A DNA stretch of 32,961 nucleotides from Kudoa neothunni (lineage: Eukaryota > Animalia > Cnidaria): NCBI GenBank assembly GCA_964304625.1, contig OZ199840.1, positions 2,932,028 through 2,964,988 of the forward strand. The letters run 5' to 3'. Both the position numbers and the translations under genes were made by a program. The notes under the pieces were generated by a model. It searched no databases. It had not been told where the DNA came from and saw only the letters and a list, made by a program, of their open reading frames with translations. Of this stretch, positions 1 through 12,838 are shown piece after piece. How positions within the stretch are numbered: the stretch's first letter is position 1; the number at the start of each line of letters is the position of its first letter.

Positions 1-1200
1 GGCGGAGTTTCACGCTAGATTAGGATAAAAAACCAAACCGAAAAAGTATTACGATCTGATCTACGTGAAAATAAATAATAATTGTTATTTTAAACAGTAA
101 ATTAGCTATTAAACAGTGGCTTACATTTAACGATCGTCCCCTAACAGCTTGCGAATAATTACATAAAAGATGTGACAGGATTAATTGTTATATTTCATAT
201 TGTTTTACTGAAAAACTAGTCGATGGAAATCGAAAATACCAGAAAATTGAATAGGAAACAATTTTTAAAATTAGTTTATCAAATAATAATCAAGGGTCAT
301 ATTAACCACAAAGGACCTCTGAAGATTGTTTTTAGCGACCTTAGAAGGATAATTGGGAGCGAGTCGAATTTTGATTGCGAAGCGCTGACCTATACTTTAG
401 TTTGTGAATCTAATTTTGTAATAATCAAAAAATTTCAGGTTTCTTCTATTGAAATCTTAAATGGACGGACTAAACGTGCTAGATGAAATACCGAATAAAA
501 TCAGTCAATTTCTTAAAATTATTTTATTAATTTATTTCAAAATATATAATAAATATAAAATAATAGAAATTAAGATATTAAAGAAAAATAATAAAACGAT
601 TAGATCGGGTTAACATTCCGCAAATATTACTATGGCACAATTTTACGATCTAATGTAGTTTACATTCATATTATTATTCTATAATATTTCTTTTTTATCA
701 AATTAAATTAATTAGTTTTATATTGATATATACATGATTTTAGATATCAACAAATGTTCTTTTTAAAAATTGCTCCATATTTCGATCTATGTAAATTAAA
801 TACATAGATTTCAATACAATAAATTATTTTATTATATTCTCAATGATGTATCTCATAAGAATTTGAATGTTTTCAAATTACAATTCATAACGCGCACGCA
901 ACAGATTTTGTGTTATTTCTAATCTTGTATAATCCAAGAGTCGGGATTAATATGTTTTTGTTACACCCACAAACATTTTAATTAATAAAAAAAGTAGCTC
1001 CACAATATTAGAACAAATTACTATTGGTTAATTTACAAATAAATTTCATGAGAAAATTCATATGTCTGAAAATTAAATAAAGCCAAGTTAAATGGGTCGA
1101 TTCATCTAAAACTTTAAATAAATCATTAAATAAAGCTCTATTATTTTATAATAATTAAATATATAAGATAATTTGTATAGAAAATTGATAAATTTTTGAT

Positions 1201-1237
1201 CATTATTTTAGTTGCGCAATGCGCAACTAAAATAATG
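1201..1237. repeat. Perfect inverted repeat (18-bp arms, 1-nt spacer) ending on the SNX14 ATG
   Basis: CATTATTTTAGTTGCGCA-A-TGCGCAACTAAAATAATG, read directly. Confidence 0.9.
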
Positions 1238-4200
1238 CTTGTGTTTCTAGCTTTAGGGCTATTGCTAGGAGTGGTTGTACTAACCATATTACATGGGTAT
1301 TAGTTGCATATCAAATTTTTTAATAAACAATCCGTAGTTATTCAGATGTTATTTATGAGTGGTGTGTATGTGAAAAAGACCCTAAACAAATCTCAGTCAA
1401 TTGTCAAACGACATATCCTCTTGGATATCCAGTTGAAAATTTGTTTCTAATTGATGAAACAATCAACAATCTTCTTGTTGAGGTTGATTAGGCATTTTTA
1501 TTATTATATGAGTCAATACCAATTATTTTAGAATATTGATTTGTTCACAAAAAAATATTTCAAAGATTATTTTATGTAAGTGGTTGAAATGCTTATTGAT
1601 AGGACAACGCTTTTGCATTATAAACATTGTTGTCATGACCAACGAGAGGAATATTTAACCGACTACTAATTAGAATCGATTATCAAATAAAAGTTTTTCT
1701 CAAAGAAATTATCACATCATCTTACACCCAACTACACAACGTAATGCATGTATTAAATCAATTTTGCTATAAATATTTTCTTGCAGATCAATATCAACAA
1801 ATGGATTGTTGATCATTTAATTCCACTGTTAATTGACATGGACGTGGTGGTTGGTGTGGTCGAAAAAAACCGTAATTTGAAGGATGATATTTTCTGTATG
1901 GTTTCCAATCTGATGGATTTGAAAAAAGAGTCAAATTCGAAGTATTTTATTATTTTGGCGCATTTTATGACAAATAATAATAATAATGTATAATTTTGTG
2001 TGGAAGGATATTTGATGTGTTTATTCACGATTTCACATCATCTACGCTTTTGGACTCGACTGTTGACAATATTTTGTTATCGTTGGTATTTTAATCGTTG
2101 TTGAAATTCTATGAAAACTTTTACGTAGAAAATATATTTGAGAAACTATATGATGAATAATGAGGCAGACCGATCCACCACCGTCATCTCTGATGGTCAA
2201 AATATGGTTTATAATTATAAAATTATGCTTGATGGATACCCTGAATTTGATGACATTCATCTTTCACCGAATGTACTTTTAAATTATATTTAATTATTAT
2301 TTTCTACAATATACACTCGAACTAAATATTATATTCTTTCTAACGAGAATAGTTGACGCTTGATCTGGGCCAGATTCTTCGAAATGAATTTTATTTGGTG
2401 AACTTTATCGATTTTATCTATGATCATCCTTTACGTTATCGCCAATTTATGCTGCTATTATCAATAAGTGAGGAATTAATGTTTTTTATTCTGTAGATAA
2501 TTATGTTATAGAACGATTTCAAGAGGTTATTTTGGAGAAGGATGACTTGGCTGAGCAGGAATATTTGCTTTTGTTGCATAACGAGGTGTGTTGGTTTATT
2601 GATATATGATGTTGTTGGTCGTGAAATCTTTGACTCTACCACTCGTTAGGCTGTAAAAATAAAAGAGATTTATTTGCTCAACCATTGCAACCACAAAGTT
2701 GCTTCGCTACAATTGTTGCCACAGCAGATTGTCGACACTATTGTTGATAGTCTCCAAGATTGCACACAAGATCGTACCCACTATATTATGCTATTTATGA
2801 GGTGACTTTTGTGGGGGTATTGTAGCACTTTAATGCCTTTCTGTTCCAGCGCGTACAGATGGCTTTTCAATGTATTCAATGTAGTGGCTTTGAATGAATT
2901 TATTGCAAGTTCACATGTGAGATTTTTTTCACATTTTTTAATCTGTCTATGATCTGCTTTTCTAGTTCATAAAATGTCATTTACCCGCAAAAAGGTCGAC
3001 CAAAACCGCAAACGACTCGATCAATGATGTTTACGTGATGTACATTATTAGAATTAATATTAATTCTTAATTACCACATAATTTTGCTAATAACGCATTA
3101 ATGTATGCAAGCATTATAGCAGTGTTTCCCATCGGTGGGACATGGAAATTTTTGAGCGTTTAATGAACGACTCTGATAGGACTTTAAAAATAGCGAGCAT
3201 TGATGTGGCGTGAATAATGGTGAGATAATTGGCCAGTGTGGCGCACTTTGAAATCAATTCCTCGATTATTGATTTAGTTTAATGTTGAATGACTATGAAT
3301 ATTATAATACAATGACTAATTATATAACAATAAATAGTAACGTTTAATGCGGTCTTTATCCCCGATAGAATTGGAATGACTTTAATTCCAATCTTGTCAC
3401 ATTTATAATCGTGATATACCTTTTTGACGTAGCCAAATATTACATTGCTTAATTTTTGTTATTTATCTGCGGTTGATAAGTTCCGTATACACGATAGTCC
3501 TGTCTAATGCTGGTTGAATTACCACGAGTTCCATTTAACGACCTTATTGGCAGAGTGGAGAATTAAAGATGCTACTTTTTTTAAGTCCATCGTTAAATTA
3601 AATCAGATCTGATCGAATACATTTTAATTTCAATGAGAAAAATAGTATATATTAATCGCGGTCCAATTTTAATGTGAAATGAATCTTGATTCAAAGTTAT
3701 AGACAATTTAAGTTAAAAAATCAATACCTTTGAAGAAGGCGGGACACGGAACTTTCTTTCAAAAAAAGTGGGCGCGATGAATAAAAAGTTGGGAAACACT
3801 GCATTATAGATATTTAACTCTTTAGAGTTTTCTATAACAGAGAATTTCTGATTTTTAAAGTAATGTTAGTATATAATAAGAAAACTTCGGATTAAAATGA
3901 ATTATTGTTGAAAAAATAAATAATAATAATAATAATACGATTTAAACGTTCGTTGATAGATAAATGCGATATTAAAATTTCTCAAAAAATTTGTGGTTAT
4001 ATGTAATTGTTTTTTACATTATGATTTACAAATTGATAAGTTCGAAATTTCGATACTTTATTATGGAATCATTTGTGATCATTTTAAATAATAAACCTCT
4101 ATATTACAATTAATAAATTATAAATTATAATATTAAGGTTAGGCCATTTAAAATCACGAACGAATTTTTAACCGTATTCAGATAATTTGATTATCTATTT

Positions 4201-6868
4201 TAAGGTTATATAATTAAAAAAATTGTATTTTGTAATTTCGACCACTTTTATAAGAGATAGACAACTCTCCTAATGTCTTTTACTCCATAGACAATTTTGT
4301 AATAAAAATGAAATTAATGGATCTAAAAAATTTAAAGCTTTTAATTTATATAGTATTTTAAAGAATAATAATTCTGGTTAACCATACGGTAAGCCGATAT
4401 AGAAATTTATGAACGAACTAATATTTTTTCATTTTTGGGCTTTAATGACCTCTTGGGCACAAATTTTTTTTGGAAAAAGGATGATAAATTATTTTACAGC
4501 TATATAACAATTATATTAAAAAATGGCATTAAATTATATATTGTATTTTAATATTGTTAGAAAATTGCATGGATATAAAAAAATATAAGGCGACATTAAT
4601 GTATAAAAATATAAGAAAGTATCAGATGATGTTGATATATAGATATAGCAAAATATAAAGTTATGTTGATTGGGTTAATCAAATTAAATTAATAGTTTGT
4701 TAAAATATTAAAGCCCTCGCATCCCCATCTTCTGAAACATTAAAAATATACGGATATTTTTGTTGATTCTGGATGAAGATTATTTTTTCCCTGTTAACAT
4801 TTTTATGTGAAAGTGTAGCGATGTTTTTTCTTAATTAATCGAAAACGAAATCATTTTGTTAAAGCTTATTTATATTATTCAGCGCGTTTGTGTAGGGTTC
4901 ACAGTCTTGACGCTGTTTAATTGTTATTTCAATATTTGTGAGTATATAGTTCTTAGAATTACCCGTTCTAAATTTACTATTTATGATTTTGCAACAACTA
5001 AAAAAAGTATCCTGAGGGAATTCTTATAGGCTTTGTCGTTATTTTAAACTACTATAGTTTTACTATTAAAACAGCTTGGATTGACAATTATAACATGTAA
5101 AAAGCTAATCATTTACACACAACTCCATTTAGTTACTCTGCCGATGAGGAAGATCATGATGAACTTGAGCTAATTTCATCGTTGGCGACCTCCACCAAAA
5201 ATGAACCCCACCATCCATCTATTGTTGTCAGCGATTATTCAGCAAATGCCAATGCCAACAGCAACACAAATGTTCAGTCTCTCGATCTTTCTGTGTGTTC
5301 GAATTGGCGTGTGGATATTTTGTCGGTGATTAGAGATTATAACAATGACAAAAAAGTGATTTCTATCTGTGGCTAAATTAAGCGAATTTAATTGGAATAG
5401 GGGTTTGTGTTTGTTATCAATGTTACTATTCCAACAAAAGATAACGGTAATCAACAATATATCCCTTATTCGAACTTTTTCAATTTAATAATTCATTATT
5501 AGTTATAAAATGGGAAGTTTCTAGGTAGCTAATAGTTTACTATTACATAAATAAAAATAAATCCTACAATCACACCTAGATCATACAATGATTTTTATCT
5601 GCTGGAAAAGTTGATGAAATCGTTCTACGGAAATGCTTTCAATTTGGATTTGCCAGCCAAACGTTCTCTTTTTCGTCCAGACTTCAATTTTCTAACTAGC
5701 AACAGAAGATCTTTTGAAAATTTTTTAAATGTACTAACTAAATGAATGTTGAACATTGATTTGTGAGAGTTGATGTTGTAGGCTATTCTTCAAAATCCAG
5801 TTTTTAAACACAGCCGATTGGTGTCAATTTTCCTTGATTCTAAAAGTCAATTTAATCCCGCATCAACTTCCACAGTTCCAAACAATACCGCCAAATCTTT
5901 TATGAATTCATTCTACGCTCCTAACAGCAACGTAGATCTAAAGGTAACAGATAGTAAAAATCAAATGAGAATTAACTTGGTATCAATTTATTGGTTTAAA
6001 CTAGGGAAGCGTTGATAGTAGCAGCGCGGCTGTAAATTTCAAGAATTTCTTCACCAAGATTATACTGCCGACCTATAAAGAAAATGTTTGGACGAAATAC
6101 GAATATATGCATGCTCTGAAATATCTCAAAAACACATTCACATCCACTCAATTCGAGCACCACCATTCGAATACCACTGCCAAATTCGAACCTATTTTTG
6201 AGTCGATCTACCCCCACCATTGCAACCATCCCGAGATCAATTTTTGTCGTTCACTTGGCTCTTTAAAATCAAAATGTTGGATATCTTTTTATGTTAGTTT
6301 GGCGATGGTGTATATTTTTATAGTGTTGAAAAATGTGCATAGTTTGTATTCCAAATTTTGTATCCATATCTTTTTTTTTTGGTCGTTTTCTATACATAAA
6401 TGGATTAGATCATATCTAGTGAAGTATTTATATTGTTATTCTGATTTCAATGATTGACAATTGATTTAGCTATAGGGTCGCCGATAGCAACAGATTTGAT
6501 TTATTGAAAAAGTGCCTACTTACTAGTCGAGGTATTTTTTAACTCTTGAAATAGTTGTGGTGACTGGTTGATAGAACTTCTTAAATCGAATCCTGATACT
6601 TCCGACCAACCAGCTACAATATCTAATGATGTGCTCAAGACTCAACTTGAGACACATTTGAAACAACGTTTTAGTCTGTTTTTTAACGTATCCGATCTGC
6701 AGTCACTTTCAAGCTGTTTGATTGATGTACTTAATGATGACGATAAAAATAAAAAAGTATCTCTTACTTTGGTGACGTTTGTGATCTTTTTTGTTAATTT
6801 TCTATTTCTAGGTTGTTCTACTGTTGATTCATGATTTTTTGTACTATGTTAATAAACAACTTCTATAG
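1235..6868 (+). CDS. SNX14: Sorting nexin 14-like protein (N-terminal TM, PXA, RGS, PX, PXC), 21 exons, about 846 aa
   Basis: Phase-consistent GT-AG model: exons 1235-1296, 1338-1482, 1532-1575, 1674-1740, 1787-1941, 2007-2085, 2129-2272, 2353-2467, 2497-2585, 2650-2801, 2826-2916, 2966-3039, 5133-5355, 5401-5446, 5503-5524, 5580-5730, 5782-5943, 6005-6423, 6470-6531, 6575-6756, 6812-6868 (2541 nt, open). Hydrophobic N-terminus MLVFLALGLLLGVVVLTIL. RGS-like LGQILRNEFYLVNFIDF...IERFQEVILEKDDLAEQEYLLLLHNEAVKIKEIY. PX WEVSRSYNDFYLLEKLMKSFYG...LPAKRSLF...FENFLNAILQNPVFKHSRLVSIFL. PXC-like end NKKVVLLLIHDFL. Best resemblance (from recall) is SNX14 among SNX13/14/19/25. Individual exon boundaries may be slightly off. 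Confidence 0.85.
3120..3801. mobile_element. Non-autonomous hAT-type MITE (682 bp) in SNX14 intron 12
   Basis: TIRs CAGTGTTTCCCA (from 3120) and TGGGAAACACTG (to 3801). Perfect 8-bp TSD CATTATAG at 3112-3119 and 3802-3809. No ORF. Confidence 0.92.
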
Positions 6869-8009
6869 CAATATTCTAGTTGTGGAAATGGCTTTGAAAT
6901 CATTTCAACTTTTATAATGAATTTTTTATTAATTATCATTATATAAATATGGAACTTGTCTGTTTAATGTGTAAATTTTATAATCGATTGAAGCATGCTC
7001 ACAATTACATTTTTTTAATTTTTCTAGAAATAAGCTATTTTCGTAAAATTTATACATTTACTCCAATTTCAGATTCTAAAAATGTGAGATAACATCTATT
7101 TGTTTCAAAAACACTTTGTTTTATCTTAATCTCGTCGACTAAAATTTAAAGAACCGAATATGTGTTAAATCTTCCGTTTTCAATGTTCATCTATATTTTA
7201 TTTAACATAGCAATGTAAAAAGAACATTAATAATTTTATTTTATTATAATAAAGAAATTGTTGAACTCGTTTACGATTTGAATGTATGGAACATTTTAAA
7301 TAATGTAAAACTTGGAATAAAATTTCATGTTGTTTAATAATAGAAAAATGTAAATATTGAAAAATAAGTAATAATTTTTATTTTCGTTGAGAGAATAGTT
7401 TGAAAGTGAGAAAAATAGTACCGTAAATGAAAGTCCTATTTATTTGTTATTAATTTTGATAAATAACTGAATAATCATTTGTTAGTAAATATTTATTTCT
7501 ATATAAAAATTAAGCTCGATAAAAAGTAACAATTTATTCATCCACTCTATTTAATTATTATATTTTTAATTTGGTAAAAAATTCCCTCTTTATTTTCAGA
7601 TATATAAAGTAAACGTTCAACCACATACAGTAGACAATCGATTTGACTTACTTTTATTTTTCTTCTCTTGTATGTAATTATCAGAGTAGAAACTATTTTT
7701 GTGAATTAATAAAGTTTATTTTATACAATTAAAATTAACAAGAAAAAAAGTTAGAAAGTATTTTTTTATTAAAATAAGTATTATCAATTTTACGTAACAA
7801 AAACGATCTCAACCCTAATTTTTAAAATCCTTTTTTTAATCAAATACATCCACAATAACATTGTAAATCATTTATACTCCAAAAATTATTATTTTTTTCA
7901 TCATATAAAAATTTTCGAATGAAAGCTAATAAATCTTTCGTATTTAGTGATTTTGATCTCGTATCTATTTTTGCTTTGAAAACTCCTAAAACAATGATGT
8001 CGAATTGAT

Positions 8010-8570
8010 TTCCTCATGTAAAATGAGTTTGGATTTATTAAAAAGAAACATTGTGGAAAAGGAACCAAATAATAATTTTAATGCTATAGTTTATAATTGA
8101 TTAAAAGCATTCGAGTCAAGGAAACCGATTTATTATAGTCGATTAAATACGTGAAAAATTCTTAAAGGAGTTCCATTCACAATAATTTATTACGGATAGG
8201 AGGCTTTATTTTATGGATATATTTCGCGCCTTAATTTAAAAATGGTCTATTTTCTTTGGCGACCATTTATGCATTCGAAACTCTTCCATAACTAGTAGAA
8301 CAAATTTAATGCTATTAATGGAAGATTTTCTACCGCCTTGTTTGTACAGTTTATATCAAACTATGCTATTCAATCGACAAAACAATGTCAAATTATTTTA
8401 ATATGTAATAGTTTTCTAAGATAAACTTTGATTTACGTCTAGAATCTAATTCATTTCTAGAAAACAGATCCAAAATGATTTATGAGCTAATTTTATAAGT
8501 CCATTTCCGATAATTGTTCAGATCGTCCATTGGTTTATCAGCACAGGAATTGACGTGTTTTTAACAGCAA
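8010..8570 (+). pseudogene. Possible highly degraded LTR-retrotransposon integrase relic
   Basis: Broken-frame fragments (MSLDLL, FITDRRLYF, RSSIGLSAQEL) occur in the order of rve integrase motifs. Many stops and no LTRs seen. Confidence 0.25.
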
Positions 8571-9218
8571 TAAAAATTTACCAATTCAATTTGAGTAGAA
8601 TAAGAAAGCAAGAATGATAATGAAACAATTAAAATATATCTAATTTGTTAAAATAATAATTCCAGAAATACTGTTAACAATCTGTGTGTCTGTAGCTCAA
8701 CTTTTAACAATTAAACTAATTATATATCATCATTGGTGTATTTTCAAAAAAATTTATCAAGTTAGGTACTATCTACCAATAAACGAAGAATTCATTTCTC
8801 AACGTCCAACTACAAAAGTATTTTGGTTAAAAACCACCTTATTAAAAATGCTAGCTATCTAAATGCATAGCCGCCAACTTTTCTTCGGGCTATGTTAAAA
8901 AGATAAAAATCAATAATTGTGAATTTAGTTATATTCCATCAATATAAAATATTTTAATTGTTCGCGCACGCACCAAAAGTACCTAAAATCGGTCGGTGAT
9001 GCATTTTCAGTAATTTTCTTTGATCCCTAGGGGATTACAGAAAATCGATGATCTACTTTACAATGTACTTATTGATCAATAAATATTGTAAAATAAGTGA
9101 TAGATTTTACTGATTTTTTTAAAATTATACAATCTAAACAATTTAATGAAAAATCGATGTATAATATTATTTTGAACTTATTGATCACGAAATATAGATA
9201 TGATTAACATTAAGTTTG

Positions 9219-12200
9219 GGTAGTGGCTATTACCACGGATCCGTGTAATCCCCACGGGAATCAATTTCTCTGCAATTATTATCTCTATTAAATAACTAAT
9301 TTCACATTACTATTATTTATAGTTTTCTCTACTAAATTATAGAATTAGGTAACAATTGAGAATATCTTTTTTTACATATTTATATTGTTTATTTTATTGA
9401 TCGCTTTCCATAATTAAATGAAAGATTTATTAATCTTAATTTAATACATGCTCAAAATTGTATTATATCATTTTCTGTCAATAATAAGATTAAAGTTAAA
9501 GAATTTTGTGTGATTTTGTAGGTCTGACATTACTCTTGAAGCGCGCGCTTCCACATGATATATTCAACCTCGTGTTATTTAATTTTTTTCCAATATTTAA
9601 ATTATATGATTTAGTGTATTCTATTCATAAATTATGAACTTTAAGATAAAATATGCTCATTATATATCACAGAAATGATGTGAATTTTCCTCTTTAGATT
9701 TCAATATAGACAAGAATTTTGAAAAAATTAATCATAATTAGGTCATTTTTCTGAAATTAGATAAATATAACATGATGAACAATGGCTATCCTAGTCAAAT
9801 AAATAATGAGAGATCTAAGCATATTTAGTTTTCTTTTTGTATCCAATAGTGGTTAAAGCGTATCCCTTTGGTCTCCCAACAGACTTCAATTGAGAGGGAA
9901 TTTTTAAGGCTAAAATAATTAAAAAAAAGAAAGGAAATGAAATGAAAGTACCATCAAGCTCGATCATATTTAAAGTAGGTGCTAATTGATTTTCAGACAA
10001 AAACCGTTTGGATCTCGGGAGCATTTTCATTTGAAATATTATTAACAATAATATTCTCGATAATCTCCTCACCTTGCAGAATAATATTATTACCAACACC
10101 CTCAACATTTATTTGAGAATTAAAATTATTCTCTATAACATCTATTTTTTGTAAGTTAGATACGAGTAAAATATTCAAGTTAAGCGTCATATACCTCTTC
10201 CTTCAGAGATATCTTCATCTTCGGCTATAGCCTCAGAGTATTCAATGGTGCGATTTCCTAAAAATAAATCAAGAAAAGTTAAGTTTTCTTAAAATACCTA
10301 ATTTATTTATTTTATTAGTTTGATGTCGTGGTTCTTGATTATTTTTTCTATTGTGTTGAATAGTGATAGGCAACTATCATAAAACTCCCTACAATATTCA
10401 GCGGACAAAGCTGCTAGCTTATTTGTGTAAATCACAGAATTTTTTAAACGTTTTCCATAAGAATTAAAAATTTCTTTTGGTTTTATTGTAATACTCTCTT
10501 TTGGTGTTATATTTATAGTTTCCATTTCCAAGAATCGGCTCATGTGATCTTTTGACCACCTAGGGTGGCATAAATTTGAATCAAACATTGGAAGCAGGTT
10601 AAACGCTCTCTTTTTAAAAATATGACTACATGGAAGGAGATGCGATCTGTAAATATAACAATTGCATTTTATGGATGTAGTTAAACTATCCGTATTCGTG
10701 TTTTAGTCAAAATTTTGAATTTGTTTGTGGATTATATTGAAGGCAAATGGATTTAAATGATTAAAATACGCGTTTAGAACTTCATTTGAGGTATCAAAAT
10801 TAACTGGGTTCAGTAATATTTTGGTTATATTGTATTTCCTTTCTATTCTCATTGATTTGAGAGCGTCAAAGAAATAACGGAAAAAATCGTTAGGATTTGA
10901 AAATTTCTTTATTGTTTGTTTTAATTGACCATTAATGGCTTCTAATCTATTATTGGTCAAGTTTTCATAGAAACGATATGCTACACTTAATCCTATGACC
11001 CCTTCATCAGCGATTGTTTCCTTATTGGATTTAAAATAGTTAGTTAACTTATCGCTGCTTTGTTGAAAAAGATTATTGCATAGTTTATCGAATTCATGTT
11101 TATTTTTCGAATAGATAATTTTATTAAGAGTTTCAAGCAATTAGTTCCTTTTCTCTCGAGTGATACTCTATTTCGACATAGTTATTTCACGTCAAAAACT
11201 TTGAGAAACATGAAATATGCAGATCATTAGATTGGAGTTAGGAAATAATTCTTTCAAACATTTCCTTAGAGTGTGGTGCTTGTCAGTAATGATCGTTCGG
11301 ACATTTTGAGTCATGTTCGGCATCATTTTTATTAGTTGAGAAATATACCATTTAATTGACTCCGCCGTTTCATCGAACAAGATGCAGCCGCTAGTTATGT
11401 GGGTTTCACCAACCGAGTCTTCTGCAACAGACAGATACAATGGCGCACTAATGAACTAATAAAACAACGAAATAGAGAAAACCTCCTAAGATTACCGTGA
11501 GTCTAGCAGTTTATAGGTTGCATCAAGCATGAGTAACTCTGGAAAGAAATTAATTGTGTTGAGCATCTGTTTATCCATAAAAAAGATTCCACAAACATTT
11601 TTATTATCATCTGATAAAACGCTCACCATGCAATTGTATTGATTCTTTAAAATTTCTAAAATTAAAGCAACGTTATCAGTTCCAACTTCAGAGGATTTTT
11701 TAATGTTGTGGATAGCTTTCAAAGGTATATTCTTGCCTGTCTCGTCATTTATCTTGGCTTGTATGAGCTTTTTGTTTGCTCTGACAAATAGCCATCACAT
11801 TGGTTTAATTTCCTCTGACTGTGCTGGGTAAGTTTTCTTAGATCCATGGATCATTTGGATGATTATGGACAGTGTTAGAAGATCTAATCTCCAGGAAATT
11901 TCCGTCTACACTTACTCTTAATGTAACTTTAAATGGGCAATCTCTCTTAAGGGAATTTTTCTTGCGTTCGCCTTTACCTCTATTTCGGTAATGGGCTCCA
12001 AAGTAGCATACGTAAGTTATTTCGTAATACACTAGCGTGTTTTTAATATTTCGATTAACCTAGTTTTGCACTGAGTCAATTCTTCTTGAATCTCGAATCT
12101 TTAAATTCACAAAATGACTATTCTCATACTCTTGAATATAAGATTTTAAACTTTCAAAAGTTTAAAATTTCATTCCAATATGAAAATTGTCTGAATTCGA

Positions 12201-12508
12201 ATCACTCATTGTAGTTCAACCAAACTCGTGAAACACGTGGAGTTATGTTTACACTGCATGGCTCAAAGCAATAATTTAGAAATGATTAATATTTATAATT
12301 AATTCAACGTTAATATTGTTTTAGTCTATTAAATTCGCTAACATTTATGTTTCTGACCGTCTATTTTACATAAATTTACAACCATCTCAAATTTCTTTAT
12401 TTTTCATAATTTAGTAGAGAAAAATATAAATAATAGTAATGTGAAATTAGTTATTTAATAGAGATAACAATTGCAGAGAAATTGATTCCCGTGGTAATAG
12501 CCACTGCC
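9219..12508 (-). mobile_element. Mutator-like (MULE) DNA transposon, about 3.3 kb, with long TIRs
   Basis: TIRs of about 110-130 bp (GGTAGTGGCTATTACCACGG...GAATCAATTTCTCTGCAATT...CTACTAAATTAT at about 9219-9340, reverse complement at about 12406-12508). Flanks TTAAGTTTG (9210-9218) and TTAAGTTTA (12509-12517) form a 9-bp TSD with one mismatch. Confidence 0.92.
9815..12209 (-). pseudogene. Disrupted MULE transposase (FAR1/ZSWIM3-like N-terminus, DDE core, SWIM finger)
   Basis: ATG at 12209. Motifs YYEITYVC...CPF...HNH, FPELLMLDATYKL, IITDK...CIFHV, TNNRLEAING, SWIM CNC...LPCSH (about 10620-10667) and C-terminal GRPKG. Multiple in-frame stops and frameshifts. GT-AG introns at 11448-11495, 10258-10297, 10142-10194 and 9910-9951. 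Confidence 0.88.
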
Positions 12509-12838
12509 TTAAGTTTATAAGCTTTGCACACATCGAACACGTGACAGTCTGTTTTAGGCACTTCCTCTAGGCGAATTAATTAAGTTAGATGTCAAACAAA
12601 ATTAACTCCAATAAAAGAAAGGTTGAAATAAAATTTATTATTTTGAAACCCTTTCTCATTATACATTATATACCATTTAGGAGTTAAATCCGTTACTATC
12701 AAAAATAACATATATTTATATATCAATAATGACATTTTAAAAATAAAACTAAAACTATAGGAATGCGTAAAATTCAAAAATTACTTTTCATACGTCTTTT
12801 ATTTATTTAGGGGTATTTAAACAATAGAATTTCAGGTT

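Noticed and set aside
223-486. 87-aa ORF
   Set aside because: No motif or splice context; an ORF of this length could arise by chance.
1576-1993. Apparent stops and frameshifts suggesting SNX14 is a pseudogene or a short secreted protein
   Set aside because: Using the acceptor at 1673 and the donor at 1942 gives an uninterrupted PXA-like frame.
1813-2642. Minus-strand short ORFs here, and similar antisense ORFs over SNX14, the membrane protein, FBPase and PTP
   Set aside because: Shadow frames opposite well-supported genes.
9022-9041. Short sequence resembling the reverse complement of the inner MULE left TIR
   Set aside because: Too short and divergent to call a separate element.
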